Source: Eledone cirrhosa (taxonomy: Eukaryota). Taken from it: a stretch of DNA of 64,000 nt. This document shows, in pieces, positions 12,163 to 25,700 of the stretch (position 1 is its first letter; each line of letters starts with the position of its first letter). A model generated the notes under the pieces. The model was not told the origin of the DNA and did not search any database. It was given only the letters and a program-made list of their open reading frames with translations. Both the position numbers and the translations under genes were made by a program. The stretch is from NCBI GenBank assembly GCA_964016885.1, contig OZ024743.1:300638001-300702000 (forward strand). Reading direction: 5' to 3'.

Positions 12163-14472
12163 TTTTTTATCGTCACGACAACAAAAACCGGAAAAGAAAA
12201 ACTCCAGGAGGAAACATAACCAAAACAGCTGTACACGTAGATCCTAAAATAATTAATTTATCTAAAAGAGATCTTGACAATGATGAAATGCAAATTATGT
12301 CAAAAGGACTGAAATTCACACCGACTTCAACAGTCAACCACCAAGAACTGAAGGAGGATACCCAAGAATTCTGTCGAAAATTACGTCTTGTAGAATTCTT
12401 CGCTGATAAAAATAATGAGAGTGATGAATCACTAGTAAAGAATAAATCAAATTTCACTCCGCCAAAAGGAAGAAATATTTATCTCGACCAATACATTGAC
12501 ATCCTGTCTAAATTTCCTCTTAGACATAATACTAATGTTAGGCCAAACATTAACAAATCAGAAATGTCTGCACTTAAACGTATACAAAATGATAAAACAA
12601 TAATAATTAAACAAGCAGATAAAGGGGCTGCAGTTGTTATAATGGATACTGAATACTACAAGGATTTGGTTGAGGAACAACTGAAAGACACAACATTCTA
12701 TCATGAAATACCGTCAAATATAGACCACAACATCATGAAGAAGATCAACAACCTGGCTTCAAAATACCACAACTCATTTACTGATAAGGAAAGAGACTAC
12801 ATCACCAATTTTGAGCCGAAACCCAGAAAACTGTATGGCCTACCGAAAGTTCACAAGTCAAAAGAAATACAACTGGCAGTAAGAGAACAAAACAGTGAGT
12901 ACATTAAATTATTACACCCAAAAGACTTAAAACTTAGACCTATTATAGCTGGTCCAACATGCCCCACTCACCGTCTAAGCAATTTTGTTGACATTATTTT
13001 GAAACCACTATGTATTCACATACCCAGTTTCATCCGGGATGATATCGACTTCCTGTCCCATCTTCCACAAACCACGGAAACGAATTCACTTCTACTCAGT
13101 TTTGATGTGGTAAGCCTTTACACCAACATTACGCATGATTTAGGAATAAAGGCGGTTAAATACTGGGTGGAAAAACATAGAGAAGTGATTCCCATTGGAT
13201 TCACAGCGCCATTTATATTAGACGCAGTTAAACTTATTCTGGAAAACAACACTTTCTTCTTCAATGGAAAGAATTACATCCAAATTAGAGGCACAGCGAT
13301 GGGAACGAAGTTTGCTCCCGTTTACGCGAACTCTGTAATGGGATACTTAGAACAACAACTCTACCAAGAAATAGAGGAAAAATATAGTACTGACTTTAGA
13401 AAGTACATTGAAAAATCTTGGAAGAGATACCTTGACGACTGTTTCATCATCTGGACAGAATCTCTAGATACTCTGGATGAGTTCAATATCCTCCTGAATA
13501 ACCTACACCCATCTCTCCAATTCACAAAAGAGATGAGTAGGACCAAATTACCATTCCTAGATATAATGATAATCAAAAACGACACCACCATTACCACGGA
13601 TATATATTATAAACACACAGACACCCATCAATATCTGAATTTTAAGTCGTGCCATCCACCTCATACAAAACGCAACATCCCATACTGCCTAGCCAGAAGA
13701 ATTTGTACCATTGTAGAAGATACGAATACCAGGCACAAACGCCTAACAGAACTAAGAGAATTTTTGCTCAAACAAAAATACCCATCACTACTTATAGAAA
13801 ATGGCATACAGCGGGCTATAAAAATACCTATACAACAACTTAGAACAACCCAAGGAAGAAGAAACCAAGAACTGGTCATACCATTTATAATGACACAACC
13901 CATGTCACCAGAATATATTCAACACTGCCAAAGCAAACCTACCGATCATTGCTCAAAGTAATGAATTAAAAGGCTTAATCACAGATCGATCTTTGACTCT
14001 TAGTAAAAGACAGCCAAACAATTTGAAGCAATTGCTAACAAAAGCAAAGTTTGACCTTAACAAAAAAGACCAATCATTCACTGTATCTAAATGCAATGAT
14101 AATCGATGCGGCACATGTCAATCCATACACGCCGGTCAATATATGAAAACAAAAACTGGAAAAATATTCCCAAATGCAAATATGAACTGCAAAAGCAGAA
14201 ATCTAATTTACTGCATTAAATGCCCGAATTGTGAAGAACTATATGTCGGTCAAACTGGAAATGCACTATCGGAACGTGCACGGGTACACCGTCAACAAAT
14301 CAGAGACCCAAATGTCCGTCAGATACCCCTAAGCGGCCACCTGGCAACATGTGGTCAGGGAATATTTATAATATTCCCATTCTACAAATTACACAGCCCA
14401 ATTGAAATCAAGAGAAAAATCAAAGAAAAGAATTTTATTGATAAATTCAAACCCAAGCTAAATGAACAATAA
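12163..14472 (+). pseudogene. PLE RT-GIY-YIG ORF with a 2-bp frameshift near 13893
   Basis: ORFs 12288..13961 and 13993..14472; ATGACACAACCC here versus ATGACACACAACCC in the left copy. Confidence 0.9.
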
Positions 14473-14843
14473 TAACGCCTAGGGGTATTACTTCTACTAC
14501 CACTATGACCACGACCACTTACAACAACAACAACAACAACAATAATAATAATAATAAAAGTAATGTTGATGGTGATGATTAATAGAAAATGCTATTTTCA
14601 TCATTTCAAAAAGCAAAACAATTGATACGTTAGATATGACTATTGGACGTTAGCCTGCTCAACCAGCCGTGACGCTTAAACCAATAAGCTGTAGTAATTC
14701 AGTGAAACTACACACCGATTGGTCGAAATACTGTTTACCTGGCTTTGTATTCTGGAGCCACTTTTCTCTGTATAAAATGTATAAAAGGTAGTAAATTTAC
14801 CCATCTCATTACAGTTGAAAATTGCAAACTCGACTACATATCA

Positions 14844-14882
14844 TGAACCTGAAGATTGCGAAAGCATGAAAGTACTTGTTCA
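14844..14882 (+). ncRNA. Minimal type I hammerhead ribozyme motif in the PLE 3' UTR
   Basis: tgaac CTGAAGA ttgc-gaaa-gcat GAAA gtac TT gttca: stem I tgaac/gttca, palindromic AGTACT stem III. Confidence 0.75.
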
Positions 14883-15373
14883 ATTAACACTTAGAATTTA
14901 ATATTCTATCATACTATTTGATTATAATACCATATTATATATATTTTAAAGGATTGTAAATAAAACGAGTAAATCAGACAAAGTTGCAATTCCTCTTATT
15001 AATATAATCTTCTATACACAATCATACACACCCGTGTATATTTACCTATCTATATCTATATATATATATATATATGGTTAATAGTAAAAATGGGAGATTA
15101 TATCCAAAGTTGGTAGATGACCCCAGTCCAGTTTCACTCGAAGGTTTCTACAACTCAGACTTCTCGATCCAACCATACTTACATTCTCACTACCCCAATA
15201 CACGAGTTGCAGAATCCTTCGATGAGACCCGTGTTCTCAAGTATGGTTTTGTAATGTGTAGTAACACTAAGTCTCTCTCTCGCTCTCTATCTATATATCT
15301 CTCTCTATATATATATATACATGTATATATGTGTGTGTGTGTTTGTGTGTGTATGTATGCATACACACATAAT

Positions 15374-15416
<43 letters not shown>

Positions 15417-16791
15417 GTATAGAGATATGAGGAAGGCAAAATTAGAGTGTGTGAGAGATTTTTGCCCGGATTTTGTCTCAGCGTCTGCTAGAGAAGGATT
15501 TTTGAATCTTGTTATACTAAACTGGCCGCAATGATGGAAGCATATTTAATTTTGTTTTGGACTCATTAAAATTTTATATTTTTACTACATAAACTACATT
15601 TATTATTGGTTCTGCTCAATAAATACTTCTGTTCGATTACATATGAATAACCATTATTATACATCATCTTATTTTATATAGGTTTTCGTATCAGACATTA
15701 AAATACCGGAAGAAGGAAATTTAAAAATATTACGAATTCTAACATTTCCGATACGAATAAATATTCCATATTTCATATATTACATGATACATGTGAGTAA
15801 TACGTAATACCGGAATTACATTATGACAATTTAATTCACTTAGCGATTACCAATTGCCTGATATAACATTTTTCTTGACATGCTCATACACCAGGTTTCT
15901 CGTTTCCGAATGAAATAATATAACACTCAATAGATAATGTCATGGAATAGAAAATATTCATTGGATTTGGTAGCAGAGATACTACGTTTGCAAAAATATT
16001 AGTTTCTATCATCGGTCAGGGGTTTATGGAGTCGTGTTAGACGATGCACACGGCTTTTGTCTCAGATTCGTAATTTATTTAACTAATAAATAAATCCAAG
16101 TGATTCTATGGATATTTTGGAATTAGCATGTAAATATTCAGAATAAATATCGGATAATAGTTTTACAATTTTATAAAGAATGTCTCAATAAATCAAATAA
16201 TGATTTCTAATTTAAAGACGAGGTTAACTTTTTTAGGGAAAGGAAAGTCGATTAAATCGGTCTCTAATACGTGACTGGTACTTTATTTTAAATGCCCCCG
16301 CTCATGTAAAAATAATCGCAATGTATATTTGCAGGTTTTGTTTGAGACTGCCATTTTTGCTAATCCATTTAAAATATTTATTTAACAATCCATTTCGATA
16401 AAGTAATTCAATTATAGTTGCGTTCTTGATTTCAGTCGTCCTTCAATTAAAACAGTGAATTAAATATTATTGTCTGTTTATTTAGGTGGTTCTTTATCGA
16501 TTTAAATCGTGCTTCGCTTTGTTTTCTTTTTCATATTGTATTTGGCACTTGCTACAATATTTCAAAGTAAATATCTATTGAGTGAGTATATATTTTTGCA
16601 CTATCATTTTTTACAAGAAAAAAGAAGAAAAAAAAATACTACTCACGTCGGTGATATCAAATTATATATCACGTGTTTTTCAAATCCTCATTATATGTTT
16701 ATCCGATTCTAATATTTAACTTTATATAAACAACATACCATGATGAATATCATGAAACATGATTGCATATAGAGGCCTGCGACCACGAATC

Positions 16792-16817
16792 AAATGCTAG
16801 ACTTAATTAAACCAACA

Positions 16818-16851
<34 letters not shown>

Positions 16852-16873
16852 TGTTGGTTTAATTAAGTCTAGC

Positions 16874-16877
<4 letters not shown>
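16792..16877. repeat. Perfect inverted repeat around a (TA)n tract
   Basis: aaatgctagacttaattaaaccaacact (TA)n agtgttggtttaattaagtctagcattt. Confidence 0.9.
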
Positions 16878-16937
<60 letters not shown>

Positions 16938-18347
16938 TCAGACGCACACACCTATACGTGTATATATATATGTGTGTGTATGTATGTAACAATGGTGGGA
17001 TCCAAACCAGGAAATAACTTTAACACCAGTCGATCGCTAAAAATAACAGCTTTGAAAATGGATAAATTGAAATTATGTATCAGTCGAATTCCGTACTCAG
17101 GATGAGATAATGTGTTCTGTTCTATTTTCTTCCCCTCGAGTATTGTACCCATATTCTAAGCTATTATTTACAGCGATCGACTGATACAATTATCTTCTAC
17201 TTTTAGGATACTCACACTGTTGAATTTCAAATTAGCCAGCGCGTCCATAATCCTAATAATTCATAAGATTTGTATGTATATATGTATGCCTTTTTCTCTT
17301 TGTGAGTGGGCCTGTGCAGTAATTTGTCTGTGTGCTTGTGTGTCTGTGTTTATGGATGTGCGTGTATGAGTGTGGTTTGTGTTGTTGTTGCACCTCCCGC
17401 TCTTCCAATAACGAGTGTTCCATTCCTTTGAAAGTCACAACAACTAGCTTGTGGAATTAACGAGTGATATACACTGTGAATGGACTGGTGCTGCTTGAAA
17501 TATATTGACAAGCTCAGGTTGACAATACGCATATGGGAATCGAGCTCAATACCTTACTATCTTGAGCCGAATACGGAAACACCTCTGTAACCAGGTGCGT
17601 CCAATGATATAAAATTATGCAATATCATAAATGGAGAAGCCGCCATCAATTAAACGGCAGTGCTTATGAATTAGCTGACTTTACAAATCTCTATGTAATC
17701 CTGTGCACAATTGCGGATACAGAATATTGTGAATGTTTCCATGAGGTGCTGCAATAATGAAACCAAATCATTTCAAATGTGGCCCTTGTAAAACGGCTGT
17801 TCGTACCAGATTCGTTCCTAAAACAATCAATACTTGAATTTGTGATATATTGATATTCATATTGAGGCAGTTTCTGACAAGAAACTAAAGCATTTTAAAC
17901 TGAAACGACAAATTAGAGGGTACCAATGTGGTTCTGTTAAGAAAACAAAGTACATGGAACCAATATAGTTCTGGGAATAATGTATGCCTCATTAGCAAAT
18001 TCTGCTGAAGTGAGAGTAACAACAAGGTCATGGGGCGAAATACTGCAAGCAGAGATAAATGGTAACAATCCATTCCCTGTGGCGTTAGTAAATGATCTGA
18101 AAATGTCAAATCCTATCAAATAAGCGATAAAATCTGCATCATTCTATCTATCCCATCTCAATTATCACGTAAATCTTTCTCTCTATATATATCAGCACCA
18201 AATCTCTCTCAGAACTCCATATTCTGTCTCTCTCTATGCACCCGGTTCAACATCCTCAATGAATTACTATCGCGTATTCTCCCTCATCATTTATTTGATT
18301 CTAGTGAAAGAGAAATAGGAAATAAATGTATAGCAATTAGTTAGATA

Positions 18348-18535
18348 ATTGTTTCTATTTTGGCACAAAGCCAGACATTAACAGTGTATTACTGGTGCAT
18401 TATTTTATCGACACCGTAAGTATGCAAGGCAAAGTTAATCTCGGCGGGATTTGAACTTATACCATAAAAGGCAGTAACAATTTGCTGCAAAGCATGGCAT
18501 CCGACCCTCTACCAATGCTGTCAACCCACCGCCCT
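18348..18535 (-). mobile_element. Octopus-type tRNA-derived SINE, degenerate
   Basis: ttttatcgacaccgtaag...ggcaaagttaatctcggcgggatttgaac; B-box-like GTTCAAATCC on the minus strand; related pieces at ~47043-47133 and 62185-62400. Confidence 0.65.
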
Positions 18536-18674
18536 ACAATTAGTTAGATAATACGAGTTAGGTTCTGTGTGTCATATTGTACTTTCTGAATAAAACAGCA
18601 AACAGCCATAGACAACTCACGATAAACACACATAAATAAATACACACACACACACACATATACATACACATTCA

Positions 18675-18716
<42 letters not shown>

Positions 18717-18866
18717 GATATAGTAATAATAATTAATATGAAGACTAAAATCCAAAGATGGCTCGATAAGGATAAATATATATCAAATATATAAGAACCG
18801 TAGAGCAAATTTTTATTAAAATAACAGAATGAAGAATTTCAGAAGATCCCGTTAATATATATATAT

Positions 18867-19532
18867 GAATATGAAAACGTGGCGTGCTGCGTGGTTGCAA
18901 ATGGGTTACATATGAATAAATTTAGTCCTTCATCAGTGATCTTCCAACCTTCATTGGTAATTCATCGCTTTAAAGACCGTATACCACCGGTTGGTGCGAG
19001 CAACGGCTAAAGAAAGTCGTTGGGACACGTAAATAGGGGGAAAGAGCGAGTCAGTAAACAATCGAAGATGGTACTGCAACGAAAAGTGAGGAACAAGGAG
19101 TCAAGTCCCTGAAATCGATGAACATAAGTTCTGTGAAATCGTGGACGAGAGAGAATAAAGACCATCAAACCTGGTCGAAATGTGAGTAAGGAAAGAATCT
19201 CGCACAGGTCAAACGGGAGCAAGTAGGAGAGGGAGTAGCAGAGAGTGAGTGACTGAAAGTGTGAGGATGAGGCTAACAGAGAGAGTGACTGTTAGAGGGG
19301 GTAAACTGAATTGAGAGATACAGAGAAACGGGGAAGCAGTAAGAAAGAAACAGACGGGTCACAGCGGAGGAAATTATATAAGAATATGAAAACGTGGCGT
19401 GCTGCGTGGTTGCAAAAGGGTTACATATGAATACATTTAGTCCTTCATCCGTGATCTTCCAACCTTCATTGGTATTTCATCGCTTTAAAGACCATATACC
19501 ACCGGTTGGTGCGAGTAACGGCTAAAGAAAGT
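18867..19532. repeat. Element with ~150-bp direct terminal repeats (period ~515 bp)
   Basis: gaatatgaaaacgtggcgtgctgcgtgg...acggctaaagaaagt at 18867-19017 and 19382-19532. Confidence 0.85.
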
Positions 19533-19589
19533 AGAGACAGGCAGAGAAAGAGAGAGGTAGAGAGAGAGAGAGAGGAAGATATAGTGAGA

Positions 19590-19709
<120 letters not shown>

Positions 19710-20562
19710 TCATACATCGTTTGAGAACCACATAGTATTGTGTACACATATATAAAGCAAATAAAGTTCTGGAATATGTGCACATTTTTAAGATAGGGCC
19801 AGCAAATTCATATTAGGTAGGATCATCACAGAATTAAAACATAAAAAATAAACGTTTTTGACTGCTTTAACGGTATAGCTAGTAAGCGTAGATAACATTC
19901 GCTCATCTAGATATTACGGAAGTATTTCTCCTGTGCTTATGGACATTGCGATAAGTAATTCCAGCCTAACTAGGAGGGAAGGGGACAACATCACCGTGAC
20001 TAGAATTACGTTCATTGAATCTGAGAACATAAAGACAGACCGGACAGGATGAATGTCAGATAGTGTCTAGCGACTCGGCACGCTTCACTGATATTGCCAT
20101 TTTTATTTTGAGATCAAAAGCCTGTGTGTGTGTATGTGTGTGTGTGTGTCCATGTGTGTGTGTGTGTCTTTATGTATGTATGGGTGTATATTTGTCTGTG
20201 TGTGTGTATAGGGTATTGATATTGCTCAGTGGTAGTACTAAGTAGAGGTAGTGTTAGATCGTCCACTTACTCCTCAATATATATTGGGGGAGTGTTCTAG
20301 AACACTCCTTCCACTATCTTCAATCAACGGAGGCAATCTGGAATATATATTTGCATGTTATGTCTATTCCTGTATCTACCCCGTTATATACTACATTACA
20401 GATTCTAACTTCATTGTTTCCGAAGTAGACCGTATGATCGAACCCATATATTATGTTTCATAGTATACAGTTCTCGAACTGCTATAGATCAGTCGATGTA
20501 TCAATGTGATCAACCCTGTAAGGTATCTGTAAAATAATTCGCATACGTTATTATTATCATTG

Positions 20563-20639
<77 letters not shown>

Positions 20640-20718
20640 TGTATAGCAAACAAATATATATAACTAAAGATTGAAGAATAACATGGATGGCTGAACAACA
20701 AGGGGCTTTATATATATA

Positions 20719-20787
<69 letters not shown>

Positions 20788-20789
<2 letters not shown>

Positions 20790-21817
20790 TATGTTCCGTT
20801 GTGTTGTAATATAAATATTACACACAGTAGATTATCAGCTCACGTAGAGTTTGCTCGACGGTTCCAGTTGTAAAATAATTAAAAGACATTTTCCTACATC
20901 ACACAAATACCACAAAATCCTAAACCCTACCACTCTACAGCGTTAAACCTTGAACAACACATAAAAAAGATCAATACTAGAAGGTTAAACGAAAACACTA
21001 AGAACTTAAGTACAAAGAACACAAAAAAAACAGTAGACAGTACACTACAGAACATAAATAAACCACACCTAAGTTCGTCCGCAATACTACTCCAGAGAAA
21101 ACCCAACGTACACAACTGTAACTGCACCTATCCTGACAACTGCCCCCTCGGCAATAACTGCCTGGAAAAAAATATTATTTATAAGTGTACCATTAAATCC
21201 AGAGGCAACGAGTGGTATTACGTGGGATCAACGGCAACATCGTTTAAATCTCGATTGTATAGGCATTCTTACTCAATAAAACACCAGAGCCAAAGAAATG
21301 TAACAACTTTAGCAGAAAAAGCTTGGACGCTCAGGGATAGCGATCAAAAGTTTACCCTAAAATGGGAGAAATTAGCTAAAACCCAAAGCTTTTCCAGGAG
21401 TCAAAATTTCTGCAAATTGTGTAATCTTGAGATTTATTACATAATGACACACAAGAAGAAACTGCTGAATAACAGAATTGAACGAACATTATTCTGCCGT
21501 CACAGAACTAAAACCCTTTTTTCCCACTACAAGCCGAATATTACATAAAAGAGGGACATCCCCCAACTATATAAACATTAATCTAGTTAGAAAAATATAA
21601 AAACAATCTCTTCTCAACATATATTAATAACCTTAAATTACCACACTAATAATGGAAAGATATGCTGATGAGAATAGGTGCAAATATGCGATAATGAATG
21701 TGTCTAAAAACGTCCATAAGTATGTATATATATGTGAAAATGTATATAAATAAGTAAATATATATATATGTTTGATGTGTATAGTTAGATGTAAGTGTAT
21801 TCATGTATTAAAGTGCT

Positions 21818-21875
<58 letters not shown>

Positions 21876-22570
21876 ATATGTGTATATAGATGTGTATGTA
21901 TGTGTATGTGTGTACACATGGACTAGAGTATGTATATATATATGTGTGTGTCTATACGTGTGTATATAAAGATAAGTTGAGTATGAAAATGTATACACAT
22001 GAGCGCGTATGAATGTACATGAATACATGTGTGTATATATATGTGTATGCATGTGTATATATATGTAAGTATGAATATGTGAATTGTGAATATATGTATT
22101 TTGTAGAGGTGTGCAAATATATTTGTGTGTGAATGCGTGGGTGAAAGTATACGTACACTTGAAAGAAAAATTTAAGTCTGAATGTTAATTAAGTGCAAAC
22201 ACAAAACCAACCACGCATATCTTTACTATCTCTAATCCTTCTATAGATTTAGAAAAATAACCAATAATATATTCTATAAAAAATGTCAAAACAACAGATG
22301 GGAATCTAATTACTCACTGCCACCAATAATTCTCACTGCTATCGAAAAACCACTCCTTCAACTATTCTCCTAACAACTTCACCCCTCCCTCCTAATATTC
22401 TCTATAAAAACTAAATAGGCCCTCAGTAATATTATTCTGATGAAATGACAGTAAATAATAACATTGAAATATTGAATGTCTGCATAATAAAAAGTTTGTA
22501 GATAGCAGCTGTTTTAGGTTATGTAACTGTTATAGAAACACGTGTCAATAAATTCCTTTCAACTAAACTG
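20788..22570 (+). mobile_element. 5'-truncated PLE (Hydra-type GIY-YIG) with 3' UTR
   Basis: KRHFPTSHKYHKILN, then CNC..DNCPLGNNCLEKNIIYKC...YYVGST..FKSRLYRH...CKLCNLE...LLNNR..FCRH (ORF ends at 21548); bounded by (TA)n. Confidence 0.8.
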
Positions 22571-22587
22571 TATCCATTCAAACCTTC

Positions 22588-22670
<83 letters not shown>

Positions 22671-22754
22671 CTTTGAATAACTTTGAAATGTTTTGGCCAG
22701 TATCGGCCCAGGCCATGTCTAACTTAATAGCACCACCTGGCGAAGTCTTTCAAT

Positions 22755-25700
22755 TCAGGATTTGGGCACCATGGCCCATTCGAGAAGAGAATTACTGTTT
22801 GCGGAGACATATCCGGGTGTGGGTGGTTTGTCCGGGATTACTTGGAGGAATTTGTCCAAAGACTTCTTGAATTTTGTGTGGTCAGTTTCTGTTTTGACGT
22901 GTCCTGGTGTGATGTTGAAGAGAGCAGGGTCGATTGAGGTGAAATAATTGTGCCGTATTGTTGTTATGAGTTGCGATTTAGATTTTTGAATGGGACGGAT
23001 AGCACGGGGCCCAAGCCTTGGGTGTATCTTGAAGGCGATGCCAACATCATTTGGGCAGTGATGATGGAACATTTTCCACATCATGCAGATAATATAACGC
23101 TCACGGCGACGTTGGAGTGAGTAAAGTTTCAGGTTTTCCAATCGACCCCAGTAGTCAAGGTCTGACATTCCATCTATCTTTTTCGTGATTGCCCTTTGAG
23201 GAGCTTCAAGTTTCATGATACTTTGTTTCGTGTGGGGAGACCACAGTGGACAACAGTATTCAAGGTGTGGTCGGGCGAAAGTAGAGAAGAGAAGGATAAT
23301 GGTGCGGGAATCTCTCGACTGGAAGGTTCTGAGGATCCAGGAACACATTCTGCGGGCCATGTCAACTTTGCTGCTTATATGCGTGGTCCAGCTTATGTTG
23401 CTGTCCACGGTTACTCCCAAGTCTCTGATGTTGTTAGATGCCACGAGAGTTTCCCCGGTGGGAAGGGAGTACGGGAGTTTCAGAGCATCCTCTTTTCCAA
23501 AGTGGATCAGTTCGAATTTGTCTTCGTTCAGTAACATGTTGTTCTTTTCTGCCCATTGGGTAACAGCCAGTAGGTCTGACTGAAGGCTTATCCGGTCATC
23601 CACGCCATTGATGACCTTTTGGAGCTTGGAATCATCAGCGAAAATTTTAATGTTGCTGTGTTTGATGATGTCAGTGATGTCATTAATATAGATGATGATG
23701 AGAAGTGGGCCCAACACAGTGCCTTGTGGGACTCCACTACTGGCTTTGGCTGGGCTTGATTTGACTCCCTCAACTACAACATGTTGGGTTCTGTTTGACA
23801 GGAAGCTCTTGATCCACTGCAGCAGCTTTCCAGTGACACCAATATTGGACAGCTTTCTCAGTAGAATGTTATGATCAACCCTGTCAAAGGCCTTGCTGAA
23901 ATCAAGGTAGATAACATCAGTGTTGGAACCCTCTCCCAAGGCTCTCAAAATGTCATCAAAGTGATGCAGTAGCTGCGTCAGGCAATCCCTTCCATTACGG
24001 AATCCATGCTGGTTGGAGTTCAGCATATTGTTACTCTCAAGGAAGTGGGTCATTCGCGATCTCACCACTCGCTCAAATACCTTAATGATATGAGAGGTGA
24101 GTGAGATTGGACGGTAATTCACGGCAAGGGATTTGTTTCCCTTTTTGAAAACTGGGACAACAGACTGGGATAGAAGGTTTTCTGGCACATATCCAGCATC
24201 CAGTGAGTTCCGCCACAGATTGGCAAGAGGAGAAGCAAGTTGGTGTTGACACGCCTTCAAGACACAAGCAGGGAACCTATCGGGACCTACTGCTGAATTA
24301 TGCTTGATTTCCTTTATTGCCGCCAAGACATCAGGGGCGCCAAACGTTATGTCCGATAAGGTGTAATGGGGAGTAACATCGCCGATACAGCCCAGATCGG
24401 CCATATCAGGATTGCTGAAAACAGAGCAGTATTGTTTCTGCAGTATCTCACCCATGGTTTTAGCATTGTCTTGAAGAGTGCCATTTTCATCAATTAGAGG
24501 GCCAACAGTAGAGCCAGTGATTTTGTGTTTTTTTGCAAATGAAAAGAACACTTTGGGATTGAGTTTGATCTTCTCAATGGCCCAGGCCTCTTCAGCTCTT
24601 CTCTGATTGTTGATGAGGGACATTATGTTGTTTTGGAGGTTATGTTTTTTAATCTCTAGTGATGAAATGGCAGTCAAGTTGATGTGTTGCTGCTGACAGT
24701 ATTTCAGCTTGTTGATTTTTTTGTTCGTTCTCTTAATTTTTCTGATGAGCGTTTTTCTATTTCTAGGGATTCTGCTCTTAGATTTGTTTATAGTTCTTAA
24801 TGGGGTGTGTTTAGCACATATGTTTGTAACAGTGTCCACAAATGTCTGCCCGGACTTTTTGATGTTAGTGGGTGTATGAGTGTGCGTGAAGGACCAGTCG
24901 ACATGTGCAAGATCATGACTGATCGCTTCCCAGTTTGCATTGTGGAAATCCATAGCGTCAAACGGATGGACAGGAGAGATGACATTGGGTTTGTATATTG
25001 GACGGTGGAATCTCAGATCACAGAGAACCATGTCATGATCAGAGAGTAGAGTTTTCTCCACTGCAATATTGTGGATATTGTCAGTGTGATTGCTGAAAAT
25101 TAAGTCTAGGACGTTTTTGTGGCACCTCGTTGGTTCGAGCACTAGTTGGGATAGGAAGAAATCATCCATGAAGTCAAGAAGCGATTCCACAGCTTCCCTG
25201 TCAGAGGTTGAGGCAGAAGAACCTGGTGGCAGGGTGTTTGTGGACCAGTCAACTCCGGGGAGGTTGAAGTCCCCCATCATTAAGATGTTGTCAGGGTGAC
25301 ACTCTTGGATGAAACACTTTATGCTGTTGACGCATTCCTTGAAGCATGGTACAGGCGTTTGGGGTGGCCTATAGAGCCCAACTACTAATAGGTTGTTGGT
25401 TTGACTGAATACAGTGACTGCCTCACAGTATCCATTAGTGAATATGTTCATAGCCTCTGTTGAGAAAGAATTATGGACATAAATGGCAGTTCCGCCCTTT
25501 CTTCTGCCAGCGCGATCAGCACGGATGGCTTTGAAATTTTTCACTTTCACCTCGGCTTCCAAGTGGAGGTTACTGAGATGGGTTTCAGTGAGGACGAAGA
25601 AAGGGATGTGGTTTGGATGGACATCAATCCAGTCCTCCAGGAATTTGATCTTCCATTTTTGAGTATTGGTGGAAGGGCTGATGCCTTGGGCGTTAAGCAA

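Larger units (their letters stand above)
11957..15002 (+). mobile_element. Penelope-like element, right (inverted) copy
   Basis: Near-identical reverse complement of 8619-11660. Confidence 0.93.

Noticed and set aside
9715-13903. Antisense and alternative-frame ORFs over the PLE RT genes (also over both LINEs)
   Set aside because: Shadows of the real ORFs, with no motifs
17620-18119. Coding-like minus-strand stretch (MIGFDIFRSFTNATG...; KLPQYEYQY...)
   Set aside because: Multiple stops and no recognisable domain
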